Source of the DNA: Bdellovibrionales bacterium | Lineage (GTDB): Bacteria; Bdellovibrionota; Bdellovibrionia; Bdellovibrionales; UBA1609 | Length of the DNA: 64,000 bases | NCBI GenBank assembly: GCA_041690295.1 | Contig: JAWLHR010000005.1 | Location: 91,542-155,541, forward strand | Reading direction: 5' to 3' | Part shown: piece by piece, positions 38,900 through 48,940 of the stretch | Position numbering within the stretch: the first letter of the stretch is position 1 | How the letters are laid out: every line of letters starts with the position of its first letter | The notes under the pieces: model-generated | What the model saw: only the letters and a program-made list of their open reading frames with translations | What the model was told of the DNA's origin: nothing | Database searches by the model: none | Position numbers and translations under genes: made by a program

Positions 38900-40477
38900 A
38901 TGCGATTTCTTGCAATCATTTTCACGCTGGCCTTGGCTTTTCCGGCCTGGGCGAAAAAGACCTTCGTTTACTGCTCTGAAGCCAATCCTAAGACTTTTAA
39001 TCCGCAGCTCGCGGATGACGGCGCCACTTTCAACGCTTCGTCATCCATGCTCTACAATCGCCTGCTTGATTTCGAAAAGGGCGGAACCAAGATCATTCCG
39101 TCACTGGCGGAAAAATGGGAAGTGTCAAAGGACGGCAAAACCTACACGTTTCATTTGCGCAAGAACGTGAAGTTTCACACCACCGACCATTTCAAGCCCA
39201 CGCGGGATTTCAACGCCGACGACGTGATTTTCTCTTTTGAGCGGGCGCTTCGTAAAGATCATCCCTATCACAAGGTGAGCGGCGGCAATTACATTTACTA
39301 CCTCGGAATGGAACTCGATAAACTCATCTCGAAGATTGAGAAGGTGAACGATCACACGGTGAAATTCATTCTGACCCGGCCCGAAGCTCCGTTTCTCGCC
39401 GACTTGGCCATGAACTTCGCTGTGATTTTATCGGCGGAGTACGCGGACAAAATGATGAAAGCCGGAACTCCGGAAAAAGTCGATACCGATCCGGTGGGCA
39501 CCGGTCCGTTCGTGCTCAAGCGATTTGTGAAAGACAGCACGATCCGCTACGAAGCGCATCCCGATTACTGGCAAGGCCGGGCGAAGTTGGATCAAGTGGT
39601 CTTCGCCATCACGCCCGATCCGAGCGTGCGCTTTCAAAAATTAAAAGCCGGCGAATGTCATTTGGTGGCCGAGCCGGCGCCTCAGGATTTAAAAGCCATC
39701 GAGTCCCATCCGGGTTTGCAGTTAAAGAGCCGTCCGGGAGCGAACGTGGGCTATCTCACTTTCAATGTGCAAAAGCCTCCCTTTGACAAGGTGGAAGTTC
39801 GGCAGGCCATCGCTCACGCGTTGAACCGCGAATATTACATCCAAGTGGTTTTTCAAAACACGGCCACGATCGCCAAGAATCCTGTTCCGCCCACGGTTTG
39901 GGGATCGGCGCCTGCGACCAAGGATTACGAATACAATCTCGACAAAGCCAAGGCGCTGCTCAAGAAAGCCGGTTACGCCGATGGTTTTGAAGTTGAACTT
40001 CTCACCTTGCCGGTTTCACGGCCTTACAATCCCAATGGCAAAAAAATGGGTGAGTTAATGCAAGCGGATTTGGCCAAGATCGGCATTAAGGTGAAACTGG
40101 TCACCTATGAGTGGGGAACTTACCTGGATAAAACCAGAAAAGGTGAGTTCCAAATGGCGCAACTCGGTTGGACCACGGATAACGGGGATCCGGATAACTT
40201 CTTAGGCACGCTGCTTTCCTGTGGGGCCATTAATGGCGGAAATATGGCGCGCTGGTGCAATAAAGAGTTTGATCGCTTTGTGACACAGGCGAAGCTTGTA
40301 ACGGATATCAAAGCGCGAACGCAAAATTATATTAAGGCGCAGCAGATCTTTAAGAAGGAAGCGCCATGGGTGACCTTGGCCCATGCCACGGTTTATCGTG
40401 GCTTAAGCCAGAAGGTGACAGGTTACGAAATTTCACCGATGGGCGCTGAAGAATTTTATCCGATCGATCTCAAGTAG
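38900..40477 (+). CDS. dppA: Dipeptide ABC transporter substrate-binding protein
   Basis: TFVYCSE, FNADDV.FSF, PVGTGPF, RPYNPN, GWTTDNGDPDNF. Confidence 0.93.
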   Translation: MRFLAIIFTLALAFPAWAKKTFVYCSEANPKTFNPQLADDGATFNASSSMLYNRLLDFEKGGTKIIPSLAEKWEVSKDGKTYTFHLRKNVKFHTTDHFKPTRDFNADDVIFSFERALRKDHPYHKVSGGNYIYYLGMELDKLISKIEKVNDHTVKFILTRPEAPFLADLAMNFAVILSAEYADKMMKAGTPEKVDTDPVGTGPFVLKRFVKDSTIRYEAHPDYWQGRAKLDQVVFAITPDPSVRFQKLKAGECHLVAEPAPQDLKAIESHPGLQLKSRPGANVGYLTFNVQKPPFDKVEVRQAIAHALNREYYIQVVFQNTATIAKNPVPPTVWGSAPATKDYEYNLDKAKALLKKAGYADGFEVELLTLPVSRPYNPNGKKMGELMQADLAKIGIKVKLVTYEWGTYLDKTRKGEFQMAQLGWTTDNGDPDNFLGTLLSCGAINGGNMARWCNKEFDRFVTQAKLVTDIKARTQNYIKAQQIFKKEAPWVTLAHATVYRGLSQKVTGYEISPMGAEEFYPIDLK

Positions 40478-41491
40478 ATGCTGAGGTTTTTGTTTCGCCG
40501 CATACTTCACGCGCTTCCCACGGTTTTCGGCGTGAGTGTCATCGCTTTCGTATTGATCCGTTTGATTCCGGGCGATCCGGTAATGCTGATGCTCGGTGAG
40601 CGGGGCGGATCGCCGGAAGCGGTGGCGGAACTTCGGCATAATTTAGGTCTCGATCAACCCCTGCATATTCAGTATTTCAAGTTCATTGGTAATGCCATGG
40701 TTGGCCGATTGGGCGAATCCATCGTCTCCAATCGCGCTGTTTGGCATGAGTTCAAAGGCCGGTTTCCAGCCACGCTGGAGTTGACGATTGCCGCTCTTTT
40801 TTGGGCGATACTTTTTGGAATTCCCATTGGCGTGATCGCCGCTTTGAACCGACGGCGGTGGTTGGATTACGGATTGATGTCGATTTCCTTGGTGGGTTAC
40901 TCCATGCCGATTTTCTGGTGGGGATTGATGCTCATCATGTTTTTCTCGGTGAGCTTGGGTTGGACGCCCGTTTCGGGAAGAATTTCCGCCATGTACGACG
41001 TGGAGCCTTGGAGCGGATTTTTGCTGATCGACACCTGGGTGCGTGGGCTTGGCTGGGAAGGATTCAAGGCCGCGCTTTCCCATTTGGCTCTACCTTCGCT
41101 TGTGCTCGGCACGATTCCCTTTGCCGCCATTGCCCGCATGACCCGTTCGTCGCTTCTTGAAGTTTTGCGCGAGGATTATGTGCGAACGGCGAAAGCCAAA
41201 GGGTTGGGACTGATCCAAATCGTATTCGTGCATGCCCTGACCAACGCTTTGATTCCCGTGGTGACCATCATTGGACTCATGCTCGGAACACTATTAACCG
41301 GTGCGGTTTTGACCGAGACTTTATTTTCTTGGCCCGGTGTGGGGCGCTGGCTTGTGGCCAGTGTGTTGGCGCGTGACTATCCCGTTTTACAGGCGGGAGT
41401 GTTGTTACTTTCTCTGATGATCGTGGGTGTGAATATTTTTGTGGATGTGCTTTACACCTGGTTGAATCCGCGACTTCGGGGTCAGATGTGA
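40478..41491 (+). CDS. dppB: Dipeptide ABC transporter permease
   Basis: PGDP, FPATLEL, SMPIFWWGL, DYVRTAKAKGL. Confidence 0.93.
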   Translation: MLRFLFRRILHALPTVFGVSVIAFVLIRLIPGDPVMLMLGERGGSPEAVAELRHNLGLDQPLHIQYFKFIGNAMVGRLGESIVSNRAVWHEFKGRFPATLELTIAALFWAILFGIPIGVIAALNRRRWLDYGLMSISLVGYSMPIFWWGLMLIMFFSVSLGWTPVSGRISAMYDVEPWSGFLLIDTWVRGLGWEGFKAALSHLALPSLVLGTIPFAAIARMTRSSLLEVLREDYVRTAKAKGLGLIQIVFVHALTNALIPVVTIIGLMLGTLLTGAVLTETLFSWPGVGRWLVASVLARDYPVLQAGVLLLSLMIVGVNIFVDVLYTWLNPRLRGQM

Positions 41492-42327
41492 AAACGCCGT
41501 GGCAACGACTGAAGGAAAATCGCGGCGCGGTGATTTCATTGGCCGTTTTAATTGTGTGGGTGATTTTGGCTCTGGTCGCGGATTTCCTGCCAATCCCTGA
41601 ACCTCATCAAGTTTTTGAAGGCTCGCAATTGCAACCACCGCTTTGGCAAGGCGGCGCGAGCGAATTTCCCATGGGAACGGATGATCTTGGCCGGGATTTG
41701 ATGAGCCGGCTGATCCACGGCGCTCGGATTTCTTTAGGTTTTGGTTTTCTCAATGTGGTGGTTTCGGTTTTGATCGGCGGCACCTTGGGATTAACCGCGG
41801 GTTACTTCGGCGGTTGGTGGGATCGTTTGGTGATGCGGTTCGTGGATATTCTGATGGCGCTTCCCAGTTTGCTCTTGGCCATCGTGGTGGTGGCGGTTTT
41901 AGGTCCGTCGCTGTGGAATGCGCTTTGGGCGGTGACGTTGGTGGCGCTGCCCGGATTCATTCGCATCACGCGGGCCAGTGTGATGAACGAGAGGGAAAAA
42001 GAATACGTTCAGGCCACTCGCGCATTCGGCGCCCGCGACTTTCGTCAGATGTTTGTTACGATTTTGCCCAACTGCCTGGCGCCATTGATCGTCCAAGCCA
42101 CACTGGGATTTAGCGACGGGATTTTAAACATGGCGGCACTCGGCTTTTTAGGTCTAGGCGCTCAACCGCCCACGCCGGAGTGGGGCGTGATGTTAGCGGA
42201 CGCCAAATCCTATATGGAAACCGCCGGCTGGCTGGTGATGTGGCCGGGACTTTGTATTCTTTCCGTGGTCATCGCATTTAATCTTCTCGGAGATGGACTG
42301 CGCGATGCGTTTGATCCTAAACTGTGA
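41488..42327 (+). CDS. dppC: Dipeptide ABC transporter permease
   Basis: GTDDLGRDLMSRL, GAQPPTPEWG, NLLGDGLRDAFDP. Confidence 0.93.
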   Translation: MKTPWQRLKENRGAVISLAVLIVWVILALVADFLPIPEPHQVFEGSQLQPPLWQGGASEFPMGTDDLGRDLMSRLIHGARISLGFGFLNVVVSVLIGGTLGLTAGYFGGWWDRLVMRFVDILMALPSLLLAIVVVAVLGPSLWNALWAVTLVALPGFIRITRASVMNEREKEYVQATRAFGARDFRQMFVTILPNCLAPLIVQATLGFSDGILNMAALGFLGLGAQPPTPEWGVMLADAKSYMETAGWLVMWPGLCILSVVIAFNLLGDGLRDAFDPKL

Positions 42328-43418
42328 CCTCAATGGAATCGACATTCCAGTGGCACACGCACACTAAGGTGGAGTTTTTAAAAAAACTCCCGTCGGAATC
42401 GCGCTTGGTTGAATCGCTTGGATTCAAACCGGAAAAGTTTTTGGTGATTTACGACAAGAAAGTGGCCAAGGCCGATAACGTGGCCAAGTGGTTGCGCGAT
42501 TTTCCTTACGCTTACCCGGTGAGTGGCGGTGAAGGGTTAAAAGACCTCTATAAGATCTCAAATCACGTGAAAAGCATTTTTAAATTGATCTCACCGTTTT
42601 CGGCGCGCTCGGTGTGCGTGATCGGTTTGGGCGGCGGCACCATCGGTGATTTCGCGGGCTTTCTCGCCAGCGTGATCAAACGGGGTTTGCCGTTGATTCA
42701 CATCCCCAGCACCTTGGTGGCGGCCATGGATTCCGCCCATGGCGGAAAAACCGCTCTGAACGTGGGCGATGTGAAGAATCAAGTGGGAACGTTTTATCCC
42801 GCGAACAGTGTGTTGATCGTGCGCGGTCTTTTTGAAGGACTGCCGCCGCTTCAGTTGCAGTCCGCGGGCGGTGAGCTGGCGAAGATGGCGCTTTTGGAAG
42901 GCGGGACTCTCTTCGAACGATTTAAAAACGAATTTCAACCGCTCATCGATTCCATCTGGGATTTTCTGCCGGCGGTGATCGAGTCCAAGTACAAAGTGGT
43001 GGAGAAAGATCCGTTTGAACGAACCGGCGAGCGCCAGGTGCTGAACTTGGGTCACAGCTTGGGGCATGCGCTGGAAAGCTATTACGGCCTGGCCCATGGT
43101 GTGGCCGTGGGAGAGGGGTTGATCTTCGCTTTGAAATGGAGTGAGCATCAGGGGTATTTCCGCTCCGGGTCCGCCGATGAAGTCATCGATCTGCTGCGTG
43201 AGAAAGTGGGATTCCTTAATCCAAAGGAGTTTGCTAAGAAGAACCGGCCCATGTCGCGGAATAAACTGGCCAAGTTCATCGCTGAAGATAAAAAACTCAC
43301 CGACGCCCGTCATTTGAGTTTCATTTTTCTGGAAAAAGTGGGCGCGCCTTTCCGTAAGGTTGTGACTTTGGAATCCTTTTTAACTGAAACCCAACGTCAG
43401 GGGTGGACCGCGGTGTGA
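42324..43418 (+). CDS. aroB: 3-dehydroquinate synthase
   Basis: GGGTIGD, DSAHGGKT, KNQVG, LNLGHSLGHALE, HGVAV. Confidence 0.93.
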   Translation: MTSMESTFQWHTHTKVEFLKKLPSESRLVESLGFKPEKFLVIYDKKVAKADNVAKWLRDFPYAYPVSGGEGLKDLYKISNHVKSIFKLISPFSARSVCVIGLGGGTIGDFAGFLASVIKRGLPLIHIPSTLVAAMDSAHGGKTALNVGDVKNQVGTFYPANSVLIVRGLFEGLPPLQLQSAGGELAKMALLEGGTLFERFKNEFQPLIDSIWDFLPAVIESKYKVVEKDPFERTGERQVLNLGHSLGHALESYYGLAHGVAVGEGLIFALKWSEHQGYFRSGSADEVIDLLREKVGFLNPKEFAKKNRPMSRNKLAKFIAEDKKLTDARHLSFIFLEKVGAPFRKVVTLESFLTETQRQGWTAV

Positions 43419-44617
43419 AGCCACTGGCATTCGTGGGCCAACTTTCAGCCTCAAAATCCCTGTTGAACCGATTGCTGATCGCCAAGAGCTACTTCCCCGA
43501 ACTGGAAATCGTGGGCCATAGCACTTGCGATGACGTGATCTACATGAAAGAAGCCTTGGCGAAATTCGCGGCCCGAACGCCGAACGCGGAATACTTCGTC
43601 GGCTCGGCGGGAACAGTGCTTCGCTTTTTAGCTCTGCGGCTGGCGCGGGAGCCGGGCGTTTACCGTTTGGTCGGCGAGCACCGCCTCTTTGAACGCCCGC
43701 AAGAAGAATTAGTGAAAACTCTTAGGCAGCTGGGTGCGACTTGTGAGTTGGGTTCCAATTTTTTGAAAATCGATTCGCCCGGATGGCGTTTGCATGGCGA
43801 TACACTCCTGGTTCCGTTCGCGAGAAGCAGTCAGTTCGCCACCGCTGTTCTTATGAACGCCTGGGATCTGCCGTTTGATTTGTTTGTTTCACTGGGCGGC
43901 CAAAAAGTTTCTGAAGGTTATTGGCGAATGAGTCTTCGTTTGGCGCAGGCGTTAGGAATGAGAATCGACTTTTGGGACGGGGATTTTCGCATTCCTAAGG
44001 GGCAAAAGGTCACGGTGAACAAGTTCACGGTGGAGCCGGACGTGAGTTCCGTCTTCGCGCTGGCCGCCATCGCCGCCGTGAACGGGACGGCCAGCTTTAC
44101 GGATTTTCCTCTGGAGAGTTGGCAGCCGGACTCGGTTTTCATTCCCATTCTGCAAACCATGGGTGTGCCGATCGGATTTCTTCCCACATCCGACGGGCAA
44201 ACCTCGGGCACCTTGAAAGTGGATCGCGCCAAGAGTTTGAATGGTATCGCCTTTAATCTTAAAAATTGCCCCGATTTATTCCCGGTTTTAGCGGCCCTTT
44301 GCGCGATCGCCCATGGCGAGAGCGATTTGTTCGGCGCGCCCCACTTGGTGCATAAGGAGTCCAACCGTTTACAAGGAATGGTGCGGGTGATCCAGGATCT
44401 GGGCCGAGAGGTTGTGGCCAAGGAAGACGGCGTTTTGATCCGAGGACCTGTTGTCGAGCCACCCGGACCTGGGTTAACCATCAATTGCGATCAGGATCAC
44501 CGCATGGCCTTTGCCGCCGCGGTTTTAAAAGCGGCGGGCTACAAGGTGGAAATTCAGTATCCGGCCGTGGTGCGGAAAAGCTTTCCTGAATTCTGGAGTT
44601 TACTTGGTTGGACGTGA
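43415..44617 (+). CDS. aroA: EPSP synthase
   Basis: SKSLLNR, AGTVLRF, SSQF, KESNR, DHRMA, KSFPEFW; GTGA overlap with the aroB stop. Confidence 0.93.
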   Translation: MKPLAFVGQLSASKSLLNRLLIAKSYFPELEIVGHSTCDDVIYMKEALAKFAARTPNAEYFVGSAGTVLRFLALRLAREPGVYRLVGEHRLFERPQEELVKTLRQLGATCELGSNFLKIDSPGWRLHGDTLLVPFARSSQFATAVLMNAWDLPFDLFVSLGGQKVSEGYWRMSLRLAQALGMRIDFWDGDFRIPKGQKVTVNKFTVEPDVSSVFALAAIAAVNGTASFTDFPLESWQPDSVFIPILQTMGVPIGFLPTSDGQTSGTLKVDRAKSLNGIAFNLKNCPDLFPVLAALCAIAHGESDLFGAPHLVHKESNRLQGMVRVIQDLGREVVAKEDGVLIRGPVVEPPGPGLTINCDQDHRMAFAAAVLKAAGYKVEIQYPAVVRKSFPEFWSLLGWT

Positions 44618-46301
44618 AATCACACTCATTATCGGTCATCGCGGAGTTGGTAAAACAACTTTTTGCCGAGGACTGGCTCAAAAGTTGGGGTTGCGCGTTT
44701 TCGACTTGGATCAGGAAATTGAAAAAGCCAGCGGTCGGCGAATCGATGAAATTCTCGCTGAGGACGAAAAAAAATTCCGCGAGCTGGAATTCCAGACACT
44801 TGAGAAGTTGGTGAGTGAGAACCAGGGCCTTGCGACGGTGATCGCTTGCGGCGCGGGGATTGAACGCTTGCCGGAAGGCGCGCATGTTCTGTGGCTCAGA
44901 CGCTTGATAGATTCGCGGGGCCGCTCGTTTCTTAGTCGACCAAGACTCAACGCTGACGTTTCGCCGTTCGATGAATACATGGAACGTTTTCCTCTGCGTG
45001 AAAGACGTTATCAAACCTGGGCCGATGAGGAGTTGTACTTACCTGAAGGCTATGAGTTCGGACTCGAAGATTTTATTTTGCCGGAGTCTTCGTGGAATCT
45101 TCCTTATGATCTCACGGTCAGGCCGGAGAATTTTAAAAACTGGCCAAGCTTTTGGCGAAAACGAAAGAACTGGAACCTTCGCTGTCTGGAACTTAGAGAC
45201 GATCTTTTAAATCCCGAGCAAATCAAAACTGTACTGAATTCAGTTGAACCGCGAAAAATTCTCTGGTCACGCCGGACTAAAAACACTCTCAACCTTTTTG
45301 AGGATCGGTCGCCCGAGCTGCGGGTGGATTGGGCGCTGGAATTGGGGGAGCCGCCATTCCCGCCGACCATTATCTCTTTGCACACACGCGGAGAAGAACT
45401 TAAGGCCGCCACGCAAATGCTGGAGCGATCCCAAGGCCCTATTAAAAAACTCGCGGTCACCATAAACAACTTCGCTGAACTGGAGTTCGGTCATCAATGG
45501 TGGCGCAAAGATCCCGAGCGCCGGGCGTTTTTGCCGATGTCCTCGGATGGGCGGTGGCGCTGGTATCGCTCGCTTTTCGGCCCGCGCATGCCGATTCATT
45601 TTTTTCGCGAAGGTGAGGGGAGCGCTCCGGATCAGCCGCTTCTTTGGCAGGTTGTGCTTCAACCTCGCTTACAAGAAAACTTCGCGGCGGTGCTTGGCGA
45701 TCCCGTGGATCATAGCCGGTCTCCCTTGGAGCACCTGGCTTTCTTTAAAGAGCGCGAAATGCCGTTTGTCGCGATTCCCATCGGCGAAGATGAATGGGAT
45801 GAAGCTTTCCCGGTTTTGGAGCGACTTGGCCTGACTCATGCGGCGGTGACCGCGCCTCACAAACGAAATGCCGGCAAAAAGGTCAATCTCGTTGCCGCGA
45901 ACACTTTACTTAAACGATCAAACCAATGGGTGGGCGCCAACACGGACGCCGTGGCGTTAGAAAAGATCAGCGCTGACCTCAAGGACATGAAATCGATTTG
46001 GCTTTGGGGTGCGGGTGGAATCCGCACCAGTATCGAAACCGCCTTTCCGGGCGTAAAGGTCATTTCGGCCCGTGAAGGAACAAACGAATCCGCTTCACCG
46101 GATTTATTGATTTGGGCCACGGGACGCCACCGGCCGTTTCGGTTTCCACCGCCGGCGGTGAGACCCAAGCTGGTTTTGGATTTAAATTACACGGAGGATT
46201 CACCCGGGCTGGAATGGGCGGTGGCCCATCGCTTGCCTTACCAATCGGGTCTCACTATGTTCAAGCTTCAGGCGCAAGCGCAAAGGGAATTTTGGTCATG
46301 A
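44604..46301 (+). CDS. Trifunctional shikimate kinase / type I 3-dehydroquinate dehydratase / shikimate dehydrogenase fusion (AroK-AroD-AroE)
   Basis: GHRGVGKTT, DLD, FRELE (kinase); ELRDD, ISLH, KKLA, SAPDQP (type I DHQase); GDPVDHSRSP, VTAPHK, ANT, NTD, GAGG, DLNY (AroE). Confidence 0.85.
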   Translation: MVGREITLIIGHRGVGKTTFCRGLAQKLGLRVFDLDQEIEKASGRRIDEILAEDEKKFRELEFQTLEKLVSENQGLATVIACGAGIERLPEGAHVLWLRRLIDSRGRSFLSRPRLNADVSPFDEYMERFPLRERRYQTWADEELYLPEGYEFGLEDFILPESSWNLPYDLTVRPENFKNWPSFWRKRKNWNLRCLELRDDLLNPEQIKTVLNSVEPRKILWSRRTKNTLNLFEDRSPELRVDWALELGEPPFPPTIISLHTRGEELKAATQMLERSQGPIKKLAVTINNFAELEFGHQWWRKDPERRAFLPMSSDGRWRWYRSLFGPRMPIHFFREGEGSAPDQPLLWQVVLQPRLQENFAAVLGDPVDHSRSPLEHLAFFKEREMPFVAIPIGEDEWDEAFPVLERLGLTHAAVTAPHKRNAGKKVNLVAANTLLKRSNQWVGANTDAVALEKISADLKDMKSIWLWGAGGIRTSIETAFPGVKVISAREGTNESASPDLLIWATGRHRPFRFPPPAVRPKLVLDLNYTEDSPGLEWAVAHRLPYQSGLTMFKLQAQAQREFWS

Positions 46302-47332
46302 GAGGAAATCAATTCGGCCGCGTGTTTTGTCTGCACTCGTTCGGCGAAAGCCATGGTCCCGCCATGGGCGCATTGATCGACGGCTGTCCCGCGGGTGTCG
46401 TGTGGCAACAGGAAATGCTGAACCGATTCCTTGATCGCCGGCGTCCGGGCCGGAGCGCGCTCACATCCGCGCGCCAGGAGTTGGACCAGGTTGAAGTTTT
46501 GTCCGGAGTTTTCGACAACATCACTTTAGGAACTCCGATCGCCACCGTCATCCATAATATGGATGTGCGCTCGCAAGAGTACACGCCGGAAAAATTACAA
46601 ATGCGCCAGGGCCATGCGACGGATCTTTGGCAGGATAAGTACGGCCATTCGGATCCGAGGGGCAGCGGACGCGCCTCGGGCCGTGAAACGGTCAGCCGGG
46701 TGATCGGGGGAGCGATCGCTCGCATGTTCGTGACCCAGCTTTATCCGGATGCGCAGGTGATCGCGTTTGTTTCGCGGGTGGGATTGATCGGACTGAACGA
46801 CTCCGATTGTATTGATATCGCCGAGGCGCTCGAAGGTGATCCTTGGCAAATCGACGAGTTCAGCGTGCGCTGTCCGAATATTGAGAAAAATGAACAAATG
46901 GAGCAAGTTCTGCGCGAAGCCCGTGAAACCGGTGAAAGCTTCGGCGGAGTCGCGTTTTTACGTGTGGCGGGAATTCCGCGCGGATTGGGCCAACCGGTCT
47001 TTGGCAAGCTGAAATCTGAATTGACCGCGGCTTATATGAGTATCGGCGCGACCGTGGGTGTTGAAATTGGCCAAGGCTTTGAAGCCGCCAAGTCCTCCGG
47101 ACATGAATTTCATAGCTCAAGGCAGGATTACGGTGGAATTCGCGGTGGAATTTCAACGGGTGATCCGATCACAATCAAGGTGGCTTTCAAACCCACGTCC
47201 ACGCGCAAGGAAATGGCGCTGGAAGGGCGGCACGATCCCTGTATCGTTCCGCGCGCGATTCCCGTGCTTGAAGCCATGACATGGCTCGTTCTCGCGGATC
47301 AAATTTTATTGAGGCGCCTGGACCGAGCTTGA
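46298..47332 (+). CDS. aroC: Chorismate synthase
   Basis: FGESHG, RRRPG, GRASGRET, GGIRGGIS, GRHDPC. Confidence 0.96.
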   Translation: MRGNQFGRVFCLHSFGESHGPAMGALIDGCPAGVVWQQEMLNRFLDRRRPGRSALTSARQELDQVEVLSGVFDNITLGTPIATVIHNMDVRSQEYTPEKLQMRQGHATDLWQDKYGHSDPRGSGRASGRETVSRVIGGAIARMFVTQLYPDAQVIAFVSRVGLIGLNDSDCIDIAEALEGDPWQIDEFSVRCPNIEKNEQMEQVLREARETGESFGGVAFLRVAGIPRGLGQPVFGKLKSELTAAYMSIGATVGVEIGQGFEAAKSSGHEFHSSRQDYGGIRGGISTGDPITIKVAFKPTSTRKEMALEGRHDPCIVPRAIPVLEAMTWLVLADQILLRRLDRA

Positions 47333-47365
47333 CATCCAAGCAGGCCACCATCTAAACAAGCGCGT

Positions 47366-47629
47366 ATGAAAAATCAAAAAAATATATCCGTTCAGTGGCG
47401 TATGTACCGCGAGCGCGCGGGACTTACGCAAAAAGATGTTTCAGAGGCACTCGGTTACACCACTCCGCAATTTATCTCGAATGTTGAACGCGGACGTTGC
47501 CGTTTTCCTGTGGACAAGCTTCCGAAAATCAAGCGCCTTTACCGTCTGTCCAACGAGCAAGTCGTGGACATGATCATGAGTGAAGAAAAGCGCGGGATTC
47601 TCAAGTACTTCAAACGTTTAAGCATTTAA
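47366..47629 (+). CDS. XRE-family HTH regulator
   Basis: RERAGLTQKDVSEALG..PQFISNVERG. Confidence 0.88.
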   Translation: MKNQKNISVQWRMYRERAGLTQKDVSEALGYTTPQFISNVERGRCRFPVDKLPKIKRLYRLSNEQVVDMIMSEEKRGILKYFKRLSI

Positions 47630-47638
47630 CCGCTTAAA

Positions 47639-48940
47639 CTATTCTACTTTTTCTATATTCTCTATTTGTTCAATCGTGGGCCGCCGAATGAAGTAAAGGC
47701 CCACGATCACGAGAAGCATCGTTCCGGCGATCGCCGCATCGGCAAGATCAATGTTCAACAACATGCCTATCGCACCCAACGAGGCCGCAATGGGAATGAC
47801 CATGGGCACGGTCCAGCGTTTGCGGATCTTTTCTTCCCGTTGAAAATAAATGAGACTCACGTTCATCGCCAGAAAGACAAGCAAAATAAAAATACTTGTG
47901 GAGCGCGCGAGCGTGGTGATCTCGCCGATATAAGCGAGAATCAACAAAAGAGCGCCGAGAAAAAGAATGCTCACGGTGGGAGTTTTGCGCGCTTGGTGCA
48001 CCTTCGCGAGGGCTTGTGGCGCAAGGCCCAGTTTACCCAAGCCGTAAAGAAGACGCGAACCCATGATAAAATTCAAAAGCGCCGTGTTCGCCACCGCGAA
48101 CATCGCGATCACGCTGAACAGTTGGGGCGGAAACCACGGCCAAGCGGCGTGAATCACATCCACCAACGGCTGTTTGGATTCGCCGAGCTGGGCGGGTGAA
48201 AGCACACTGACCGCCACCACCGAAACCATGATGTAAACAAAAGAGGCCACGACGAGAGCGAGCACCAGCGCGATCGGCATGGTTCGTTCAGCGTCCTTCA
48301 CTTCTTCGCCCACATTGATCATGTCCTCAAATCCGACGAACGAGTAAAATGTCAAAACCGCTCCTGATAACACGAGGCCCACCGAAAGCTGACCGCTGGG
48401 AATGGAAGAGACGTCGAGAAGGTCCACCGTACCCAAATAGGGTAAACCGGCGATGATCACCAGAACCAGACCGGTGACTTCAACCAGGGTGAAAACCGCG
48501 TTCAACATCAATGAGTGTTTAATCCCCAGGTGAACCACGTAAACGACCATCGCAATAAATAAAAAGATAGCGAGGTTTTGCGAAACGACCGGCACCATCG
48601 ATGAAAAGTAACCGGAGAAAACCCGTGAGGCGGTGGCCATCGAAGTCAAGCCGGAGCAAAGAGTGGCCAAACCGATAACGAACGCCAGAATCGGCGAGCG
48701 GAAAGCTTTCCACACGATCCAGGAGCTGCCGGCCGCTTTGGGATAACGCGAACTTAAAGCGGCGTAGGTGAGTCCGGTGGTCATGGCCACAAAAAAGCTG
48801 GCTAGGAACGCGAGCCAGACGAAATTTCCCATCTGTGCCGCGGCCTTGCCAACCAAGCCGTAAATTCCCGAACCTAAAATGTCACCGATCCCATAGAGCG
48901 TGAGCGCGACTAGCCCCACCCGCCGTTCCAACTGATTCAT
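47639..48940 (-). CDS. APC-family amino acid permease
   Basis: GDILGSGIY, YSFVGFE, about 12 TM segments. Confidence 0.9.
   Translation of the reverse strand: MNQLERRVGLVALTLYGIGDILGSGIYGLVGKAAAQMGNFVWLAFLASFFVAMTTGLTYAALSSRYPKAAGSSWIVWKAFRSPILAFVIGLATLCSGLTSMATASRVFSGYFSSMVPVVSQNLAIFLFIAMVVYVVHLGIKHSLMLNAVFTLVEVTGLVLVIIAGLPYLGTVDLLDVSSIPSGQLSVGLVLSGAVLTFYSFVGFEDMINVGEEVKDAERTMPIALVLALVVASFVYIMVSVVAVSVLSPAQLGESKQPLVDVIHAAWPWFPPQLFSVIAMFAVANTALLNFIMGSRLLYGLGKLGLAPQALAKVHQARKTPTVSILFLGALLLILAYIGEITTLARSTSIFILLVFLAMNVSLIYFQREEKIRKRWTVPMVIPIAASLGAIGMLLNIDLADAAIAGTMLLVIVGLYFIRRPTIEQIENIEKVE

Noticed and set aside
46112..46297. Long N-terminal extensions given by the ORF track (aroC here; also pmbA, msrB, rsmJ, aroF)
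   Set aside because: They overlap neighbouring genes; downstream starts with ATGA/GTGA coupling or an RBS fit the family lengths better
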